From Lepidodermella squamata (taxonomy: Eukaryota > Animalia > Gastrotricha), in NCBI GenBank assembly GCA_047495785.1, contig JBLDXI010000073.1, positions 434,001 to 498,000 of the forward strand: a DNA stretch of 64,000 nucleotides, read 5' to 3'. The notes beneath the pieces are model-generated. The model ran no database searches, had not been told where the DNA came from, and saw only the letters and a list, made by a program, of their open reading frames with translations. The first letter of the stretch is position 1. The number at the start of each line of letters is the position of its first letter. This document shows positions 1 to 24,707 of this stretch, one piece after another. The translations under genes and the position numbers were made by a program.

Positions 1-660
1 TTTGCCAGTCGATGATTACTATTCTAATGAGATCCTACGCCTCTGCATATAAAATACTGTCGTAGACAGTAAAATTTGCCATCCTTTGTCAGTTACATGT
101 CAATTATAAATTATAATTGATAATTATAATTATAATGGATTTTTCATGGAATTTTGCTCTGAATTAGGTGACTCAATTGAAGCATCCTCGTAGAAAATTA
201 ATATCAATCAACTAATTTTCCTCGAGCGAGAGACAGATAAGTAAGACGTAAGACGTGACACAAATGACCCTCCCACTTGATCTTTATGCTGATTTATTTT
301 TCATAATTTGTCACGCAATTAAAAAGGTCACGGCAAACTTATTAAATATTATGAACATTAGTAGCAAGTATATGCTTCTCACGGTACATGCGGCAAGAGA
401 ATCAGGCTACAAGTAATATTTACTGTGAAACAATCTAAAAAGTGAAATTATCACACAGATGACCAATTCGAGAGAATTTACAGTTAAAGCAATCGCTGAA
501 CAACAAAATAAATACAGGCAACAACAAACAATTCATACGAGTTTCCTTAATGGATGTAGATTAAATGCTATACCACAGGGGATTTACTTTGAAATTAGTT
601 GTTTTTTTCGAAAATGCTTCGAAAATGAGCAGTGTGCTTATCGCCATTCAGGTCAGGCTG

Positions 661-7380
<6,720 letters not shown>

Positions 7381-7735
7381 TTTATAAAAATATAAGACTA
7401 AATAACAATTCTTATATTATTCAATCTTGCTTTATAGGGAGAATTTGTGTCACGCTTTCTGTAGCAAATATGTCCCAAACAAAACGGTGCCGTCATACAC
7501 ATGCCTTTTGCCATTAAAGTTCTGCGCTAAGACTCAGCATTTAAACGAGTATATTAGCATTTAAGAGCGCCCGGCTGGTGTGAATCACGAATTCAAAAAT
7601 AGCACTTAATTCTTCTAATAATTTTAAGCTTGCGTTACACTTTTCCTTGTAACGCACTCGCTTGAACTGTCTCATAATAAAAAATGAGGGGCTGTCAGTG
7701 GCTTTGGTCATAACACAGTTACATTAAAAAATAGC

Positions 7736-8491
7736 GTTGAGCACTTAATTGCCGCCGCCCGGCTTGGGTAGAAGAGCCATTTCGTAGTGTGTTCTTAATG
7801 ACTAACATGGCCACGTAGAATTCATTGCAGATACATGGCACGAAATTTTTATTACTTTCTAACTGAAAAAGAGGGATAAGAAAATAGCACTCGAATCTTC
7901 CATTCTTTGGAGGATCTTCAAAAAGTTAATGAAACAGTCAGCAAGTGAAAAGTTGAGTTTCCCGTATTTTCCGAAATTTCCGCAGGCGAGTTTCGGGCTC
8001 AAAGATTGTGTACCGCAGTTTTTACTACAGGTTTCAAATTTTCGAATTTCTGACCTTTAAGATGCTTCGGTAAAGATGAAAACCCTCAAACATTTCACCG
8101 AACATTTCGATTATCAAGCGAAAATTCTCACATCAGATTACGCTAAGAATGTCGACCGCGAATAATAAAGTAATTTTATACTTTTGTTTGTTCTACTCCT
8201 CATTCATTGAAATAGAAAATGCCATCAAAATATCACAATACCAAACCGCAGCTAAACCGGAATGTTCGCTGAATCAGCATTTCTCAAACTTGGTAAGTAG
8301 TGTGTTATGGTCATGCCTTGTATCACACAATACCAAACATGTGCCTCTCTATGTTTGCTAAAGCAGCTCGAAATCACGTCAATGCAACCCGGGCCCATAC
8401 GCCAAGGATATTTTTTTTTCTCGCTCCTAAATTAGAGCAAAAATTGAAAAATGCTTTCGACCTGTTTGGCGGCGGCGTCTGAGTGCTCAAC
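7736..8491. mobile_element. Possible degraded TIR element upstream of copy A
   Basis: GTTGAGCACT-n5-GCCGCCGCC and GGCGGCGGC-n5-AGTGCTCAAC form inverted ends; no clear TSD. Confidence 0.4.
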
Positions 8492-9339
8492 TTGCAATTT
8501 TGAGAGAATAATAAATGGCGAAAAATCATTGAATGGGCCATGAATATTCTCCCGTATTTTTTCTGAAAAGATCAGCGTAATTCGGTTCTATTTTCAGAAA
8601 GTTTCACTTTTATTCAGTTAGGAACATCAATTTAGCTAATAAGTAAATTCAGCACCAAGCAGGTTTTTGCGTCCAGCAGGATTTTAAAGAAGAGATACTG
8701 GCAGTGTCGAGTCCATACAGTATTAGTCCCAAGCCCTCTCCCACACAGATTTTTCATCATCGCGATTTTCATCATCGCGAGCTTATTGACAATAGGATTT
8801 TAAGCTGAAGCTCACTTCTTCGGCTCGAAATTTTGAAGCACGTTGCATAGTAGATTTGCTTAACGATTGTGTTGGATTGTGTTTAATTTCCTGGTAGCTT
8901 CCGTTTTCCATTGTATTTCCCAAATCCTGTGATTCTCGGGATGGTAGAGGGGATGGTGAGGAAGAATTTTCTTCTTCATTTTTCCGATTTCCTTATCGAT
9001 ACACTTAATTAAACAGCTGGCAAGTTGGGGACGAAAGCAGCTAGTAATTGGAGAAGATACGTCGGCTATCTGCTGCATATAGCCTTAATTTTCAAAGCCA
9101 AGAATTTCAACTGCCACGGGAAGCTTTGTTCGATCGAGAATAATGGCTGTTATGATCATTAACGAATCTCCTGAAAATTAGATTCAAGTTGTGACTTTAT
9201 TTTGGTCAGCATTCGCAATTTTTTCATTGATTCATATGATGAAGCCTCTAATAATAATAAAAGACTGTGTGAATATACCAGGGTTTATTATGATAATATT
9301 ATCTCTCGTAAAAACGTAGTCCATTCATAAATTTTACAG

Positions 9340-10445
9340 CTACTGTCATAATGGCGGCACCTGCCTCAGCGGCAACGTGTGCAAATGCGCGAATGGCTAC
9401 ACATGCTCATGTGGTATTGCAATAATAGGCAGTAAGCGTTGGGAGCCTTTGTTAAGAATATTCGCATGACGCAGTTGGTTGCGCAAAATCGTGCGAAAAT
9501 AGCTGATGCACAGCGACGAATTTGAGTTCCGGATGGAGTGGACCATATTGCTCATCCACCTGTAAAATCTCCTGCTTGAATGGAGGAGCTTATTGTAATG
9601 GACGCATTGTTGGGGACGCATTGATTTGAAATCAAAATCAAAATAAAATCTCGCTCCCTCTAAAATCATTTCCTGTTCCGAAAATCAAATCTCAAAACAC
9701 TGAAATCAAATCCCAAAATCGTTGATATCTCGGGAAATCATTTATGCCAGTTTTTACCACAAAAACGCGAGGGAAAACATGTCCAAGAAGTGTAAGATCT
9801 TTAGCGCGGTAATTGATTTTGAAATCCCTGAAACCAACATTTTTTCGCGCCAATCAAATCGTTATTCTTTCCAATCAATTCCTGAAATGAAATCACAGTC
9901 AAAATGGTGTAAAATCTTGAAAATCAAAGTCTGAAAAATCAAATAAACCCAACACTGAATGGACGAGGTGTCGGCTTGCAACTGCATACAACTGCAAACT
10001 GCAGTGACAATTTGGCTGGCAGAGACTGTATGCTAGTGATTTGTGATTTTTTACTAATTTTGTACGAAGACTCAATTGGAGAAGCGACAATCCGCTTTTC
10101 GGGTATGGTTGAATATCAGATTGTATTCAGCTGACGGATTTATAATTATCGCTGGAAATAGGGCTTTAGATTGCTAAAAAAAGTTAGAACCATAGTCTAT
10201 TCCGCAGCAACCTTCATATATCACTTTTTTGTCGCTGTAAATCAGCATTTTGCCCCCAAGAAATGACCCCACAATTATTCACATTTGCGCTGTGACATGC
10301 AATGTGGGAAATTTTCATAGTTCATAATATACATTGCCGTAATCAACCTTCCGGTAATTCAGTCGTATTGATGGGCACTTCGGGTCAAATGAGCGTTGTC
10401 CGATGCAGCGACGGCTACAAGGCGCTATGCGAGTATAAAAACTAA
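9340..10445 (+). pseudogene. Heavily deleted relic of an EGF-CTLD family member
   Basis: Remnants of the EGF11, EGF12 and EGF13 exons with deletions, plus a degenerate terminal exon (…GTSGQMSVVRCSDGYKALCEYKN*). Confidence 0.85.
9605..9957. mobile_element. hAT-type MITE with AAATC-rich interior
   Basis: CATTGTTGGG...CCCAACACTG with 8-bp TSD AATGGACG. Confidence 0.8.
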
Positions 10446-11494
10446 CGACAGAAGCAGATACAACTCTGGTAAACAGTCGATACCTTTAAGATAATTTGAA
10501 CGTATCCATTTTAACAGTAAATACACCTACAATTTACGAGCAGACTTGGTTTCAATCAGGTTTTCGCAACAAATTCGCAAATCGCAAACCGCAAAATCTC
10601 ATGTTAAAAACGAAGAATAAACAGTATTTATTGGTTGGCCAACTTGAATGGCACAACCCGTTCGCGATTTGAAGTGCAAGTGGCAATCCATTCTATGCAT
10701 GTTTGTGTTCGCAGTCGATCTTGGTATACTTTATATTCATGGTATTGCGACTGCGAAAAGGTCCGAATTCGAAAGGAGGAATTGTGGATTATGGGATATC
10801 TTGCCTACAGACAAGTGCCCTAGGCCCTAGGCCATAAAAAATTACTGCCATCGGATCGATTTCCGCCTACCTACTACCCACCCGGTCTTGTCCTAAGTTT
10901 TGTCAACGAACGGTCCTTTCTCACGAATGAAAAAACGTGGCCACTCACATAAACTAGGCGCAAGTGAAAGCAGGTGCTTTTTGCTAGGGAAAAGTATAGA
11001 CAAACATCCAATCTAGAGGAGACAAGTTTAGATAAGGACTCTTATTTCTTATTTCAGTGGTTCTCGAACTATTGCCGTTCCCGGCCAAAAATTGCGGCCG
11101 GCTGGCGATCTTTCCGGTCGCATTGCCACTTGAATCCTCTATCGGCCGCTTGCAATGATAAATTACGACCGCACGCCTCTAAAATCGAAAGTCAACGTTT
11201 GTGCTTAAATTAGTGTTTTAAGATTATTTTGCTGATAATGCCTGACATTAGGAATAGGCCAACACTCACGAGTGAAACGAGAAAACATGTTTGCCTAATT
11301 AAAAGCGCCCGCAAATCCAAAAAAGATGCAAATGATATTTGACCCTGACGCTTTACGCAAGTGTCAGAGCTTTACAATGAAGAATGTATGAACTGTTACG
11401 AATAGCTCAGTTCAGCAATTCCTGATTTCAATACTGTTGAACAGGTTTGAATCCTGAAATGAGCAAGCGAAGCGGTAAGCAATTCAAAGGAGAG

Positions 11495-11915
11495 ATGCTA
11501 GGCAGTGTGCAAACAGTCCAAACAGTAGGCCCAAGGCAACTTGCGGTCTTGCAGAAAATCGGATAACCACGCCACCAAGTTGTGGCAACGCGAACTTACG
11601 GCTCATTGGCCAGCCCGGCACTCAAGACGAAGTCATAGGCCGCCATCACGTCGAAAGCGATGACAATAGCTGTACAGACGTGCGAACGGCCGAGATGTAC
11701 GCCGCAGGCGATACGTAGCGGAAAGTTCGGGGCAGGGAAGGCATATTGATAGCAAGTGGCGGTCTTCCAGAAACTTCCTAACCAACAAGCGATAATCGGC
11801 CCTAACAGCTCTCCATCGACTGAGGGAAAGTGGGGTGGGCGAGATGATCGCGTTGAGTCTTTTTCATCATCGACGTCAGCAATAATGTAAAAGAAATAGA
11901 AAATCTTCGTCATAG
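11495..11915 (-). mobile_element. Degenerate non-LTR retrotransposon RT fragment
   Basis: RPPHFPSVDGELLGPII…YQYAF…IAFDVMAAYDFV and a downstream SCLGPTVW resemble RT motifs (RPISL…LERII…Q.GF, D…AFD.V, QGS.LGP). Confidence 0.6.
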
Positions 11916-13019
11916 TCCGAATCCCGATTCGTCACTGCTTAGTGCGAGATTTTTAGAAGATAGAAAAATTCATTTATAACTATTTCAAGTTTCTATAATG
12001 CAAGATCTCTCGTCGATCGTCGAATCGTTCTGGGATTTGAAAAAGGCGTACTACCCATGTCGAACAAATTCGTTCAATTTCTGCACTAGATGCTTGCATA
12101 GAAAAGCTAAAGTTGCGATGAAGTTGGCATCGATTTGCACGTCATCCGCCAAAATTCATTTGATCAAAAGGTCCCCCCTGTGGTTGTTGGGGGTTTAAGC
12201 GATACAGTACCTTCCAGTACCCCCGGTACTTCGCACACTGAGGTCGACTTGCACTTGATTCCCCACCCAAGCTGCAACCTTGGATCAGCCAGAAGTGGAA
12301 GTTTTAGATAAATATAGGATTTCAGAAGCGAGGCGCCTTCGAATAGAGGGTCCCCTAGAGGGTAAATGGGTCAAGAGGGATCGGACAGGTTAGAAGAAGT
12401 GCGTACCTTGAATTCGTTTTACGTTTGTTTTCCGTCGTGTAGCTCACTAAACGAGAGCTTTCAAGGCTACAACATAAGACTTCAGTCCGTTTCGTAGGGA
12501 AGTGTCGAGGGCATTTATCTGTCAAGATCTGCCTCAGTGCCAGGGTCTGCTAGAATTAGAATATTATCCAACACTTCGAGAATTCATCACCATCGGGCTT
12601 TGATGGGTTGGGTTGTAGCCGAGGCAGCTTGAGTCGGCGAAGCTCGTAAGACCTTTCCAGCTAATAGAGTATAAGTTGTCGATTACTTTGTTCAATCTTC
12701 CAGCTTTCGGATGAATAAAAATTCTAAGATGTGTTACTTCATCGTTTTAACTTTATGATGGAGTTAGAAGTAGACAGTAGACAGTAGAAGTCGGCCTCCT
12801 AGGTTGCTCCACGCGGCCGTTGATGTTTTGTATGCCTATCAGCTATTAGCGCAAGTAAATGATATTATTTTGATGAAAAAAAAGTTGATCGACAGAGAAA
12901 AAAATATCGCTTAACACATGGACGATTTTTGTAGAGCCGCTTTGTTTGAACAAAACAAACTCAGGCTTTCAATGAAAACATTAGTGCGTTCAACGTGTGT
13001 TAACACTGACAATTAGCTG

Positions 13020-13235
13020 TGTGTGTGCTCATCTCTGTTAGGGGGTTCACCCCCGGTGGTTTAGCTCTTTGTCAACCACCGGCCGAGCGTTTTCATGCTC
13101 GCGTACTCAGTTAAATACAGAGTGTTAAACACAGGCGCAATTAACGACGATGGGTATGTTCGAGAAGGCCGATACCCCTTGATTCGCGTCATCGTGCACA
13201 ATGATCATGTTGGCCGGGAGCATATATAATACGAC
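13020..13235 (+). promoter_or_regulatory. Conserved upstream boxes and TATA-like element of copy B
   Basis: GTGCTCATCTC, TTAGCTCT..ACCGGCCGAGCGTT and TGATTCGCGTCATCG recur in the same order upstream of most plus-strand copies. TATATAAT lies about 80 nt before the ATG. Confidence 0.55.
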
Positions 13236-13303
13236 AGAAAAAGTGGTAAATTCAACACTAAGTTAGTTTTTTGACGGATTGCTCAGTTCAATTTCTGTAT
13301 AAC

Positions 13304-17590
<4,287 letters not shown>

Positions 17591-17783
17591 CGAGGTATGC
17601 AAACTCTCGGCACTCTGATTAACGTTTGATCATTGTGAATAGACACGCTTTGAGTTAATTTTTACTATGATTTTCGCCCGACTATTCCCCCTTAGCCCAG
17701 CTCCCAGCTTGTTAAACAATAAAAATCCTAAACGTTTCTAACAGAGTTTGTTGTTATCAATATCGGATATTCGAAAGCCAAAT

Positions 17784-17938
17784 CAGTGCGCGAAGTAGGA
17801 TCCTCGAGCTAGGGGGTATTTTCGGGCCCACATTTTGTGACATTTTGTTCCCCTGTGGTTTTTTATGGGATTTTCCGATTTGGCCTTGTGAACTGGGGGG
17901 TACGATACCCCTCAATCCCACCCGTACTTCGCGCACTG
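17784..17938. mobile_element. hAT-type MITE (same family as 5253-5409)
   Basis: CAGTGCGCGAAGTA...TACTTCGCGCACTG with TSD AGCCAAAT. Confidence 0.92.
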
Positions 17939-18155
17939 AGCCAAATGGTTAATCGCGAGGTCGAGTAGAACCGGTCTAATGCGATTAACCCTTCCACGGC
18001 CGATTTTTCTTAAGCCAAGCAAAAGAATCGAAATTAAGCATTTTCGGGCGAATGAAGAAACCAGTCGAAAAATCGACCACTTGAGCGTATAGTTTCCATT
18101 ACGTTCTGATTTCACTGAAAATTTCCATCGCCTTAGCTATTTGAACATTATAGAT

Positions 18156-18292
18156 CAGGGTGCGAAGTACAGCTCCCAGACTCCAACCAGAGGAAGGCTG
18201 AAAAACCAGGGGGGGGGGCGTTGGTTTCTTCGGTTGGGTCCTAGATACCAATTAGAAAACGCCTCAGCTCCCGGATCCTACTTCGCAGACTG
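18156..18292. mobile_element. hAT-type MITE
   Basis: CAGGGTGCGAAGTA...TACTTCGCAGACTG with TSD TTATAGAT; a paralogous empty site lies near 36555. Confidence 0.85.
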
Positions 18293-19277
18293 TTATAGAT
18301 TCATCCGGATAATGCCAGGTCACCGGGTTACTGTTTTGCCAGTTTCATATAAAAAAACAATTTTGAAATGTTGAAATTGATGGTTTTTCCAGAAGTAGCG
18401 AAATAACGAAATTCGGGTTTTAGATTCTCGTAGGCTACATCCAAAAGTAGAACTGTAAAATGACTGACAAAACGATTGGCCGAGCTGTGAACTCCGAAAT
18501 CTCCTTAAGGCCGTTGATATTGCGACTGCGAAAAGGTCGAATTTCGGGATAATTTTGCCTGCCCATCACCGAGCTTTCCAGGAATGATTCGAGCGTTTTT
18601 GGTCCACCCTATCTTTCAAAGATCATACTGATGTAAATTTCGACAGGCAATTCCTTGCCTATTATTTTTAATCTAGAACTTGGACCACAATATTTCAGCG
18701 ATTTCTTTCAGTTATTACGCCGCTTTCTGTTTTGATTTGTGAATATACACCTGTAGCTTACTTTAATTAGTAAGTTGACAAAAGGTTTTCCAAACTGACT
18801 TCCTAAGCTGTTTACAAACTCGGCCGTTTTCGTGTAAAAAACATGCACGAATTAAATTAATAGGCTGTTATTGTGGAAAAACAACGATTAAAACATTGCG
18901 CACGATGCCAACCACAAAAGGCAAACGGCAAAACGTGAGTGCGAATTTGACTGTTCTTCACAGGGCGTTATTACAATAAAACCTATAGTCTTGGTGTCAA
19001 TTACCTCCGTGTGCTCATCTCTGCCATGAACGTTATTTGTTAGCTTTTAGCCAAGCTGAGCAAGACCGGCCGAGCGTTCTCAACGCTAATTTACTCAGCT
19101 TAATGATAGGTCTTAGCGCTAAAACAATTAACGACAACAGATATGTTCGAGTAGGCCGATATCTCATGATACGCGTCATCGCCCGTTTTGTATCAACGTT
19201 CTGGTGGGAGCCGCACTACCATAGAGTCGAAAAACATCTACATACGGCGAGGATTTCGAAAATAAGTTTTTCATAAA

Positions 19278-22200
19278 ATGAATGTGATACTGGTAGTAAT
19301 CTTCGGTAAAGTTATTCAGCTTACTTCCATTTATCATTGACTTGTCTTTGGCCGAAGGTCTGATCGGGACTGGCCTCGGATGCAGCCCCAACGAATCTCA
19401 AAAGAAAAGCGCGGTAAGGTTTTTTGTATCTGGTCCAATGAAACTACTACATTTCAAAACAGCTTTACTGCTCGAATGGCGGAACTTTCGACTCAGCAAG
19501 CAGTTCTTGCCTTTGTTCATCTGGATATGGCGGTTCCCAGTGCGAAAAATGTAAGCAGAAATTCCAGATGGTTTCCAATATCAAATCATTCTGCCATAGT
19601 CACGTGCCCCAACTGTCTCAATGGAGCCAGCTGCAGCGGTCCGAACAAATGCAGCTGTCCATCAGGCTGGTCTGGCCAAAACTGCGATATCCGTAATGAA
19701 AGAACACCTACATATTTCGAGGAGCTTTAACATTTCTAAATTGCTAGCTAACTGTGATGACCTTCCCTGTCAAAACGGCGGGACTTGCGTCGGCGCTAAC
19801 AAATGCAACTGCACTGAACGGTGGATGGGCCTTAACTGTGGCACATGTGAGATAAAGAACCTTTCAGGCTTCAATTCACTCTAGTTCTCTCATTTAGCTG
19901 CTTGCTCGAAGAACCCGTGTCAAAATGGCGGGTCTTGTATCGGCTACAGCCTTTGCTCTTGCCCTACTGGCTACTCCGGCTCCGATTGCAGCAGTACGTG
20001 CTTTCGATCTTCAGCAAATGAATATCATCCTCCTGTGTTTCAGTTTTTTGCAATCCACCCTGCTCGAATGGCGGGACTTGCCGAGCTGGGAATACTTGCA
20101 GCTGCCCCCTTGGCTGGACAGGATCAGATTGCAGAACTCGTTCGTGCTATTCCTAAATACTATTCCTGAAGGAATATCTTTATATTTTAGCAACCTGCAA
20201 CCCTGCGTGTCAAAACGGCGGGACGTGTTCGAACCAACTAACGTGCACGTGCCCCGATGGCTACTCAGGTCTAACCTGTGGCGTTTGTAATTTCAGCAAC
20301 TTCCACTTTTTTCTTTCGTGAATTTTACTCATTCGTTCATAGTCACGTGCTCTCAGACCTGCGCGAACGGAGGGCGATGCTCTGGGCCGAATACTTGCAC
20401 TTGCGCTGATGGTTGGACTGGAAGAGATTGTACTACACGTATGTAGCCTCGAAAAGCGATAAATGAATCCCCGTACCTCAATTTCAATTTCAGCAAGCTG
20501 CTCACCGGCTTGTGCTAATGGAGTGTGCAAGGCTGATAAAACCTGTGATTGTACAGGGACTGGTTACACCGGGACCCGATGTGAAAATGGTAAGCTTCTT
20601 GAAATCATTTTCTAAAAAAATGCTGAAATATGCAATTTTCCGGCAGCGGTGTGCTCCCCTTCATGCGCAAACGGCGGAGTTTGTTCAAGACCCAACACTT
20701 GCTCCTGCGTTAACGGCTACACTGGGCCGACCTGTGCTATCTGTAAATATTTTCGGTTATCATTGAAATGTCTGGCTCTATTTCCCACTGATTCAATAGC
20801 ATCTTGCTCGCCTGCTTGCTTGAATGGCGGAACGTGCAATGGCAACAAATGCACATGTGCACCTGGTTGGGCGGGAAATGACTGCTCTATTCGTAAGTCA
20901 TATTTCAAAGCTGTTAATAACTTTCATTTCACTTTTTTCGGCGCGAAATCAACCCTAAATTTCCCGTTTGGAAATCCACTTTATCCACTTGATATGAAAA
21001 CTAAACAATTTCTATTGTTTCTTGTTTCTCTCATGATAACCTCTCGTATACACAAAAGTGCTCATGTTCTTTGTGCTAATATACCACGGTTTATTATGAT
21101 GATATCATTATCTCTCGTAATAAAGCCTATTCATGTAATGTACAGCTACCTGCACGCCAGCTTGTCAAAATGGCGGCACCTGCCTCGGCGGCAACGTGTG
21201 CAAATGCGCGAATGGCTACACTGGCTCAACGTGCTCAGATGGTATTGTTATAATAGACTGTTGTTGGCAGGTTTTAATCATAATATTCTCATGACGTAGC
21301 CATTTGCTCACCAACTTGCAAAAATGGCCGATGCACTGCGACAAATTTGTGCTCTTGCGATTCCGGATGGACTGGTCCGGATTGCTCAACATGTAAAGTC
21401 ATCTTAAATATTCTCTATATAATAGCCTTACTATTTGTTTCAACCTAAAGCGGCTTGCTCATCGCCCTGCTCGAACGGAGGATCCTGTTCAGGAACGAAC
21501 AAGTGCACTTGCGTTAATGGATACACAGGAGCAACGTGTGCTGCATGTGAGTCCTGTCTTCATCGTTATTGCAGTTCCATCTAATGCCCATCCTTGTTTT
21601 CAGATACGTGCTCCCAGACCTGCAGAAACGGAGGTGTCTGTATAAAACCGGACACATGCAGCTGCGGCGATCAATGGACCGGAATCGATTGTAGCATACG
21701 TAAGTAGAGGTGATATTTTTATTCACAACTGAGGATATAACTGGTAAATAATTAATTTTTTTTGAAATTTTCGCTTGATAAGGAAACTGAGTCCGTAGTG
21801 CGTAGACCCTGAGCCCAGTGCTTTAGACTTGATTTGATTTAGATTCGAATTCGATTGACTGATTGATTCATGGGGGAAGCGTTTTGATTTGATTGATTTT
21901 GATTTAGCCTTGGGAATGCGATTAAAGATCTCTTCTCTTTTGTGACGGAAATTCGCTATATAAAGGGAAAGTGATTTCTCATTCGCGTTATTTTATCCTT
22001 TTGTTGACATTTCGAAGCTCCAAAATTTATGAAAATTGAGATACTTCACGATTTATTGTGATTCATAGCTGTTGATGATTTGATTTGATTGATTTGGTCC
22101 CGCAAAAGTGGGACAAGGATTGATTTTGATTGATTGAAGGAGGTCCGTGATTTCAGCTGTAAATCAAATCAAATTCAAAGCTCTGCCTGAGCCATAAGCC

Positions 22201-24065
22201 CCAACTGCTATTGCCGAAATAATGAACTAAGAATAAAGTCTCCATACTAATAGTGAATTATTGCTATGATTGTCCCTATAACACGGCTAGTCCGATGTTA
22301 CATAAGCCTGAACAAGCTCCTCCGTTCAAGCAGGGCGACGAACAGGCCGCTACAGATTGAAACAAACGGTAAATTGACTAGAGAGAACATTTAGGAAGAT
22401 TTTACCTAGGATAAGTTGAGCAATCTGGACCAGTCTATCGTCCATTAGGAAGTTACCGTTGGACCCGCAGAAAGTTTTTATTCTACATATTTCTTTTAGT
22501 CCAAATCAGGTGTGTTGATTCGTCATTGATATTTGATATCATTGAAACGTGAGAGTGTAATGTGGGACAAATCACGACTAAATCCAAATACCAGTTGATA
22601 CGTGATAGGAACACAAACAGGAAAATGTAAGATTCCTTTGCCTGTTTTCTCATATTTTCGATATTTTCGATATATTCAAGTTTCCCAGACCTGTGCGTCA
22701 AAAACCTATGAAATATATTTTTTAATCTTGAAACCCTTCTAACATTGCCGAGTTCATATATATATTTATTTATTGCAATTTCAGCCACGTGTATTCCAGC
22801 CTGTGCAAACGGCGGCATTTGCTCCTACGTCAATCTGTGCACCTGCGTGAATAGCTACTACGGATCGCGCTGCACGCAATGTGAGGCTTGCAAACTTTCG
22901 ATTCCATCTCATACCTATGTTTTTTTTCTCAAGTTTCATGTGTTAAAACATGCCAGAACGGTGGCACTTGCACAGCCCCGAATACTTGCACCTGCGCTGC
23001 TGGATGGAAAGGCGAGGATTGCACTACACGTATTGAGCTCATCTTGAAGCATTGGCCATTCAGTCGATTTTCAATTATTTACAGCCATTTGCAATTCACC
23101 TTGCCAGAACGGAGGTACTTGTATCGCTCCAAACACGTGCAAGTGCGATGTTGGATGGAGAGGGGCTACTTGTTCTCAGAGTAAGGAGCATCTTCAAGGA
23201 AATGCAAAACTACGGACTGATTTCATTTCTCAGCCAAGTACTATTTATCCGCTAGCTCAGCTAATTTCCGCGAAGCTGCGACAAATTGTGTGTCATCAAA
23301 CAGCCGTGCTGCTGTCATTTACTCTCAAGGTGAGTGGGATAAGGCGAAGATCAGTTTGGGGAGTGAAAGCAAAGTTTGGCTCTCGCTATCGGCCGGCTTT
23401 CTCTGGATCTACGACAATTCGCCAGTTGGGTTGTCTAATATATGGGGAAGTGGCGAGCCGAGTGGCGACGGCAGTTGTAAGTTTTGATCAGCAGCTCTAG
23501 CTAGTCTATTTGCTGTTACTCTCTCAACTTCAGGCATGGAAGTTTTAGGTGGCGTGCAAGGCTTAAACGATGAATCTTGCACCTCAACTCGAAGTTCACT
23601 GTGCCAAGATCCAAGCAATGTGAGGATTTTCTTGTTTATGAAAGTCCTCAAATTATGCTTTATTTTCTTAGGAAAATGACATCACAGTTGTCACCCCGGC
23701 TGGTATTTGGGATACAGCCAAAGCAAAATGTGAAGCAGTGGGTCGAAAATTGGCAGTCTTGAGGACGAGAGCACTTGTTGATGCAATGTTGAGCGCATCA
23801 AAGAATGGGTGGATAGCCGGTAAGCGTCCTGATGGCAATAATTTCTACTGGTCCACGGGCGTCGCTGTCACGCCGAGCAACGTCATTCCGCCGTGGGCTC
23901 CAGGCCAGCCTGAAATAAGCAATAACAAGCAATGTAAGTTGGCATCATGGCCTTTATGTTGCGTTAATTCTGTTTTTTTCAGGCGTAACGATGGACACAT
24001 CGGGTCAAATGACGGTAGAAAGGTGCAGCAACAGCAACTATGCGCTATGCGAGTATACAAACTAG
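19278..24065 (+). CDS. Copy C: secreted 17xEGF + 2xCTLD protein
   Basis: MNVILVVIFG|[18 protein letters not shown]; same 23-exon structure as copy B; EPS and QPE motifs; TAG at 24063-24065. Confidence 0.88.
21816..22185. mobile_element. hAT-type MITE with (TTGAT)n interior
   Basis: CAGTGCTTT...AAAGCTCTG with TSD CCTGAGCC. Confidence 0.85.
22307..22436 (-). pseudogene. Inverted fragment (end of EGF12, intron, start of EGF13) inside an intron of copy C
   Basis: The reverse complement reads GACTGGTCCAGATTGCTCAACTT…GTAAAATC…TGTAG|CGGCCTGTTCGTCGCCCTGCTTGAACGGAGGAGC. Confidence 0.9.
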
Positions 24066-24419
24066 CGAGAGAAGCCAAAAGGAGCTGTATAAAAGCCAGT
24101 TTCAGACTGAAAAAACCCCTATAATGCTTCCAGTTAATTCTATCAGTGTTTCTACAGTAGTTTCACGCTTAAACTCCAATTCACAAGATGCCGACAAAAT
24201 AAATCAGGAAAGCTTGAACTGATACCTTTTTAACAATCCTGTTAGCTTCATCGGTATGATTTTGATAAAAAAAACTTATTGCAATTACAACCATTACACA
24301 TTACACCGAAGAACCACGCCGTGGATGCTCTTCCGAGGCCTCAAAAAGAATAAAAGGCAAATTATTATGTATTACCTATAAAAGCATATACTTGCTAAAT
24401 GCCAAATATCTAGTCAAAT

Positions 24420-24545
24420 TTAAGAAGTCGTACATCAATGAAAATCCCACAACGATTGATCACGTGGTCGATGTGAGGCTTCCAGGTCAATTTCTCATCG
24501 GATGGAATGCCCAGTATTTGAATGACTGACATTTGCCCCCAAGTT
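24420..24545 (-). mobile_element. Non-LTR retrotransposon 3' fragment
   Basis: ILGIPSDEKLTWKPHIDHV resembles the LINE RT C-terminal motif YLG…D..LTW..HI. Confidence 0.65.
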
Positions 24546-24563
24546 AGAACCCAACAACGGGGG

Positions 24564-24707
24564 CAGAGAAGCGAAGTGCCGCTAGGGATGGTATGGATCA
24601 TCCCTACCAGTTCCGGCGGTCCGTATGGTGGGCTCATTTACGGACCAAAGGGGGACCCTTATGTCGATCTAGTCCCTACCAGTTCCGAGGTCCTACTTCG
24701 CTCTATG
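24564..24707. mobile_element. hAT-type MITE next to the LINE fragment
   Basis: CAGAGAAGCGAAGT...ACTTCGCTCTATG with TSD AACGGGGG. Confidence 0.7.

Noticed and set aside
11055-11200. hAT/Charlie-like end CAGTGGTTCTCGAACT
   Set aside because: No matching opposite TIR or TSD was found, so boundaries cannot be supported.
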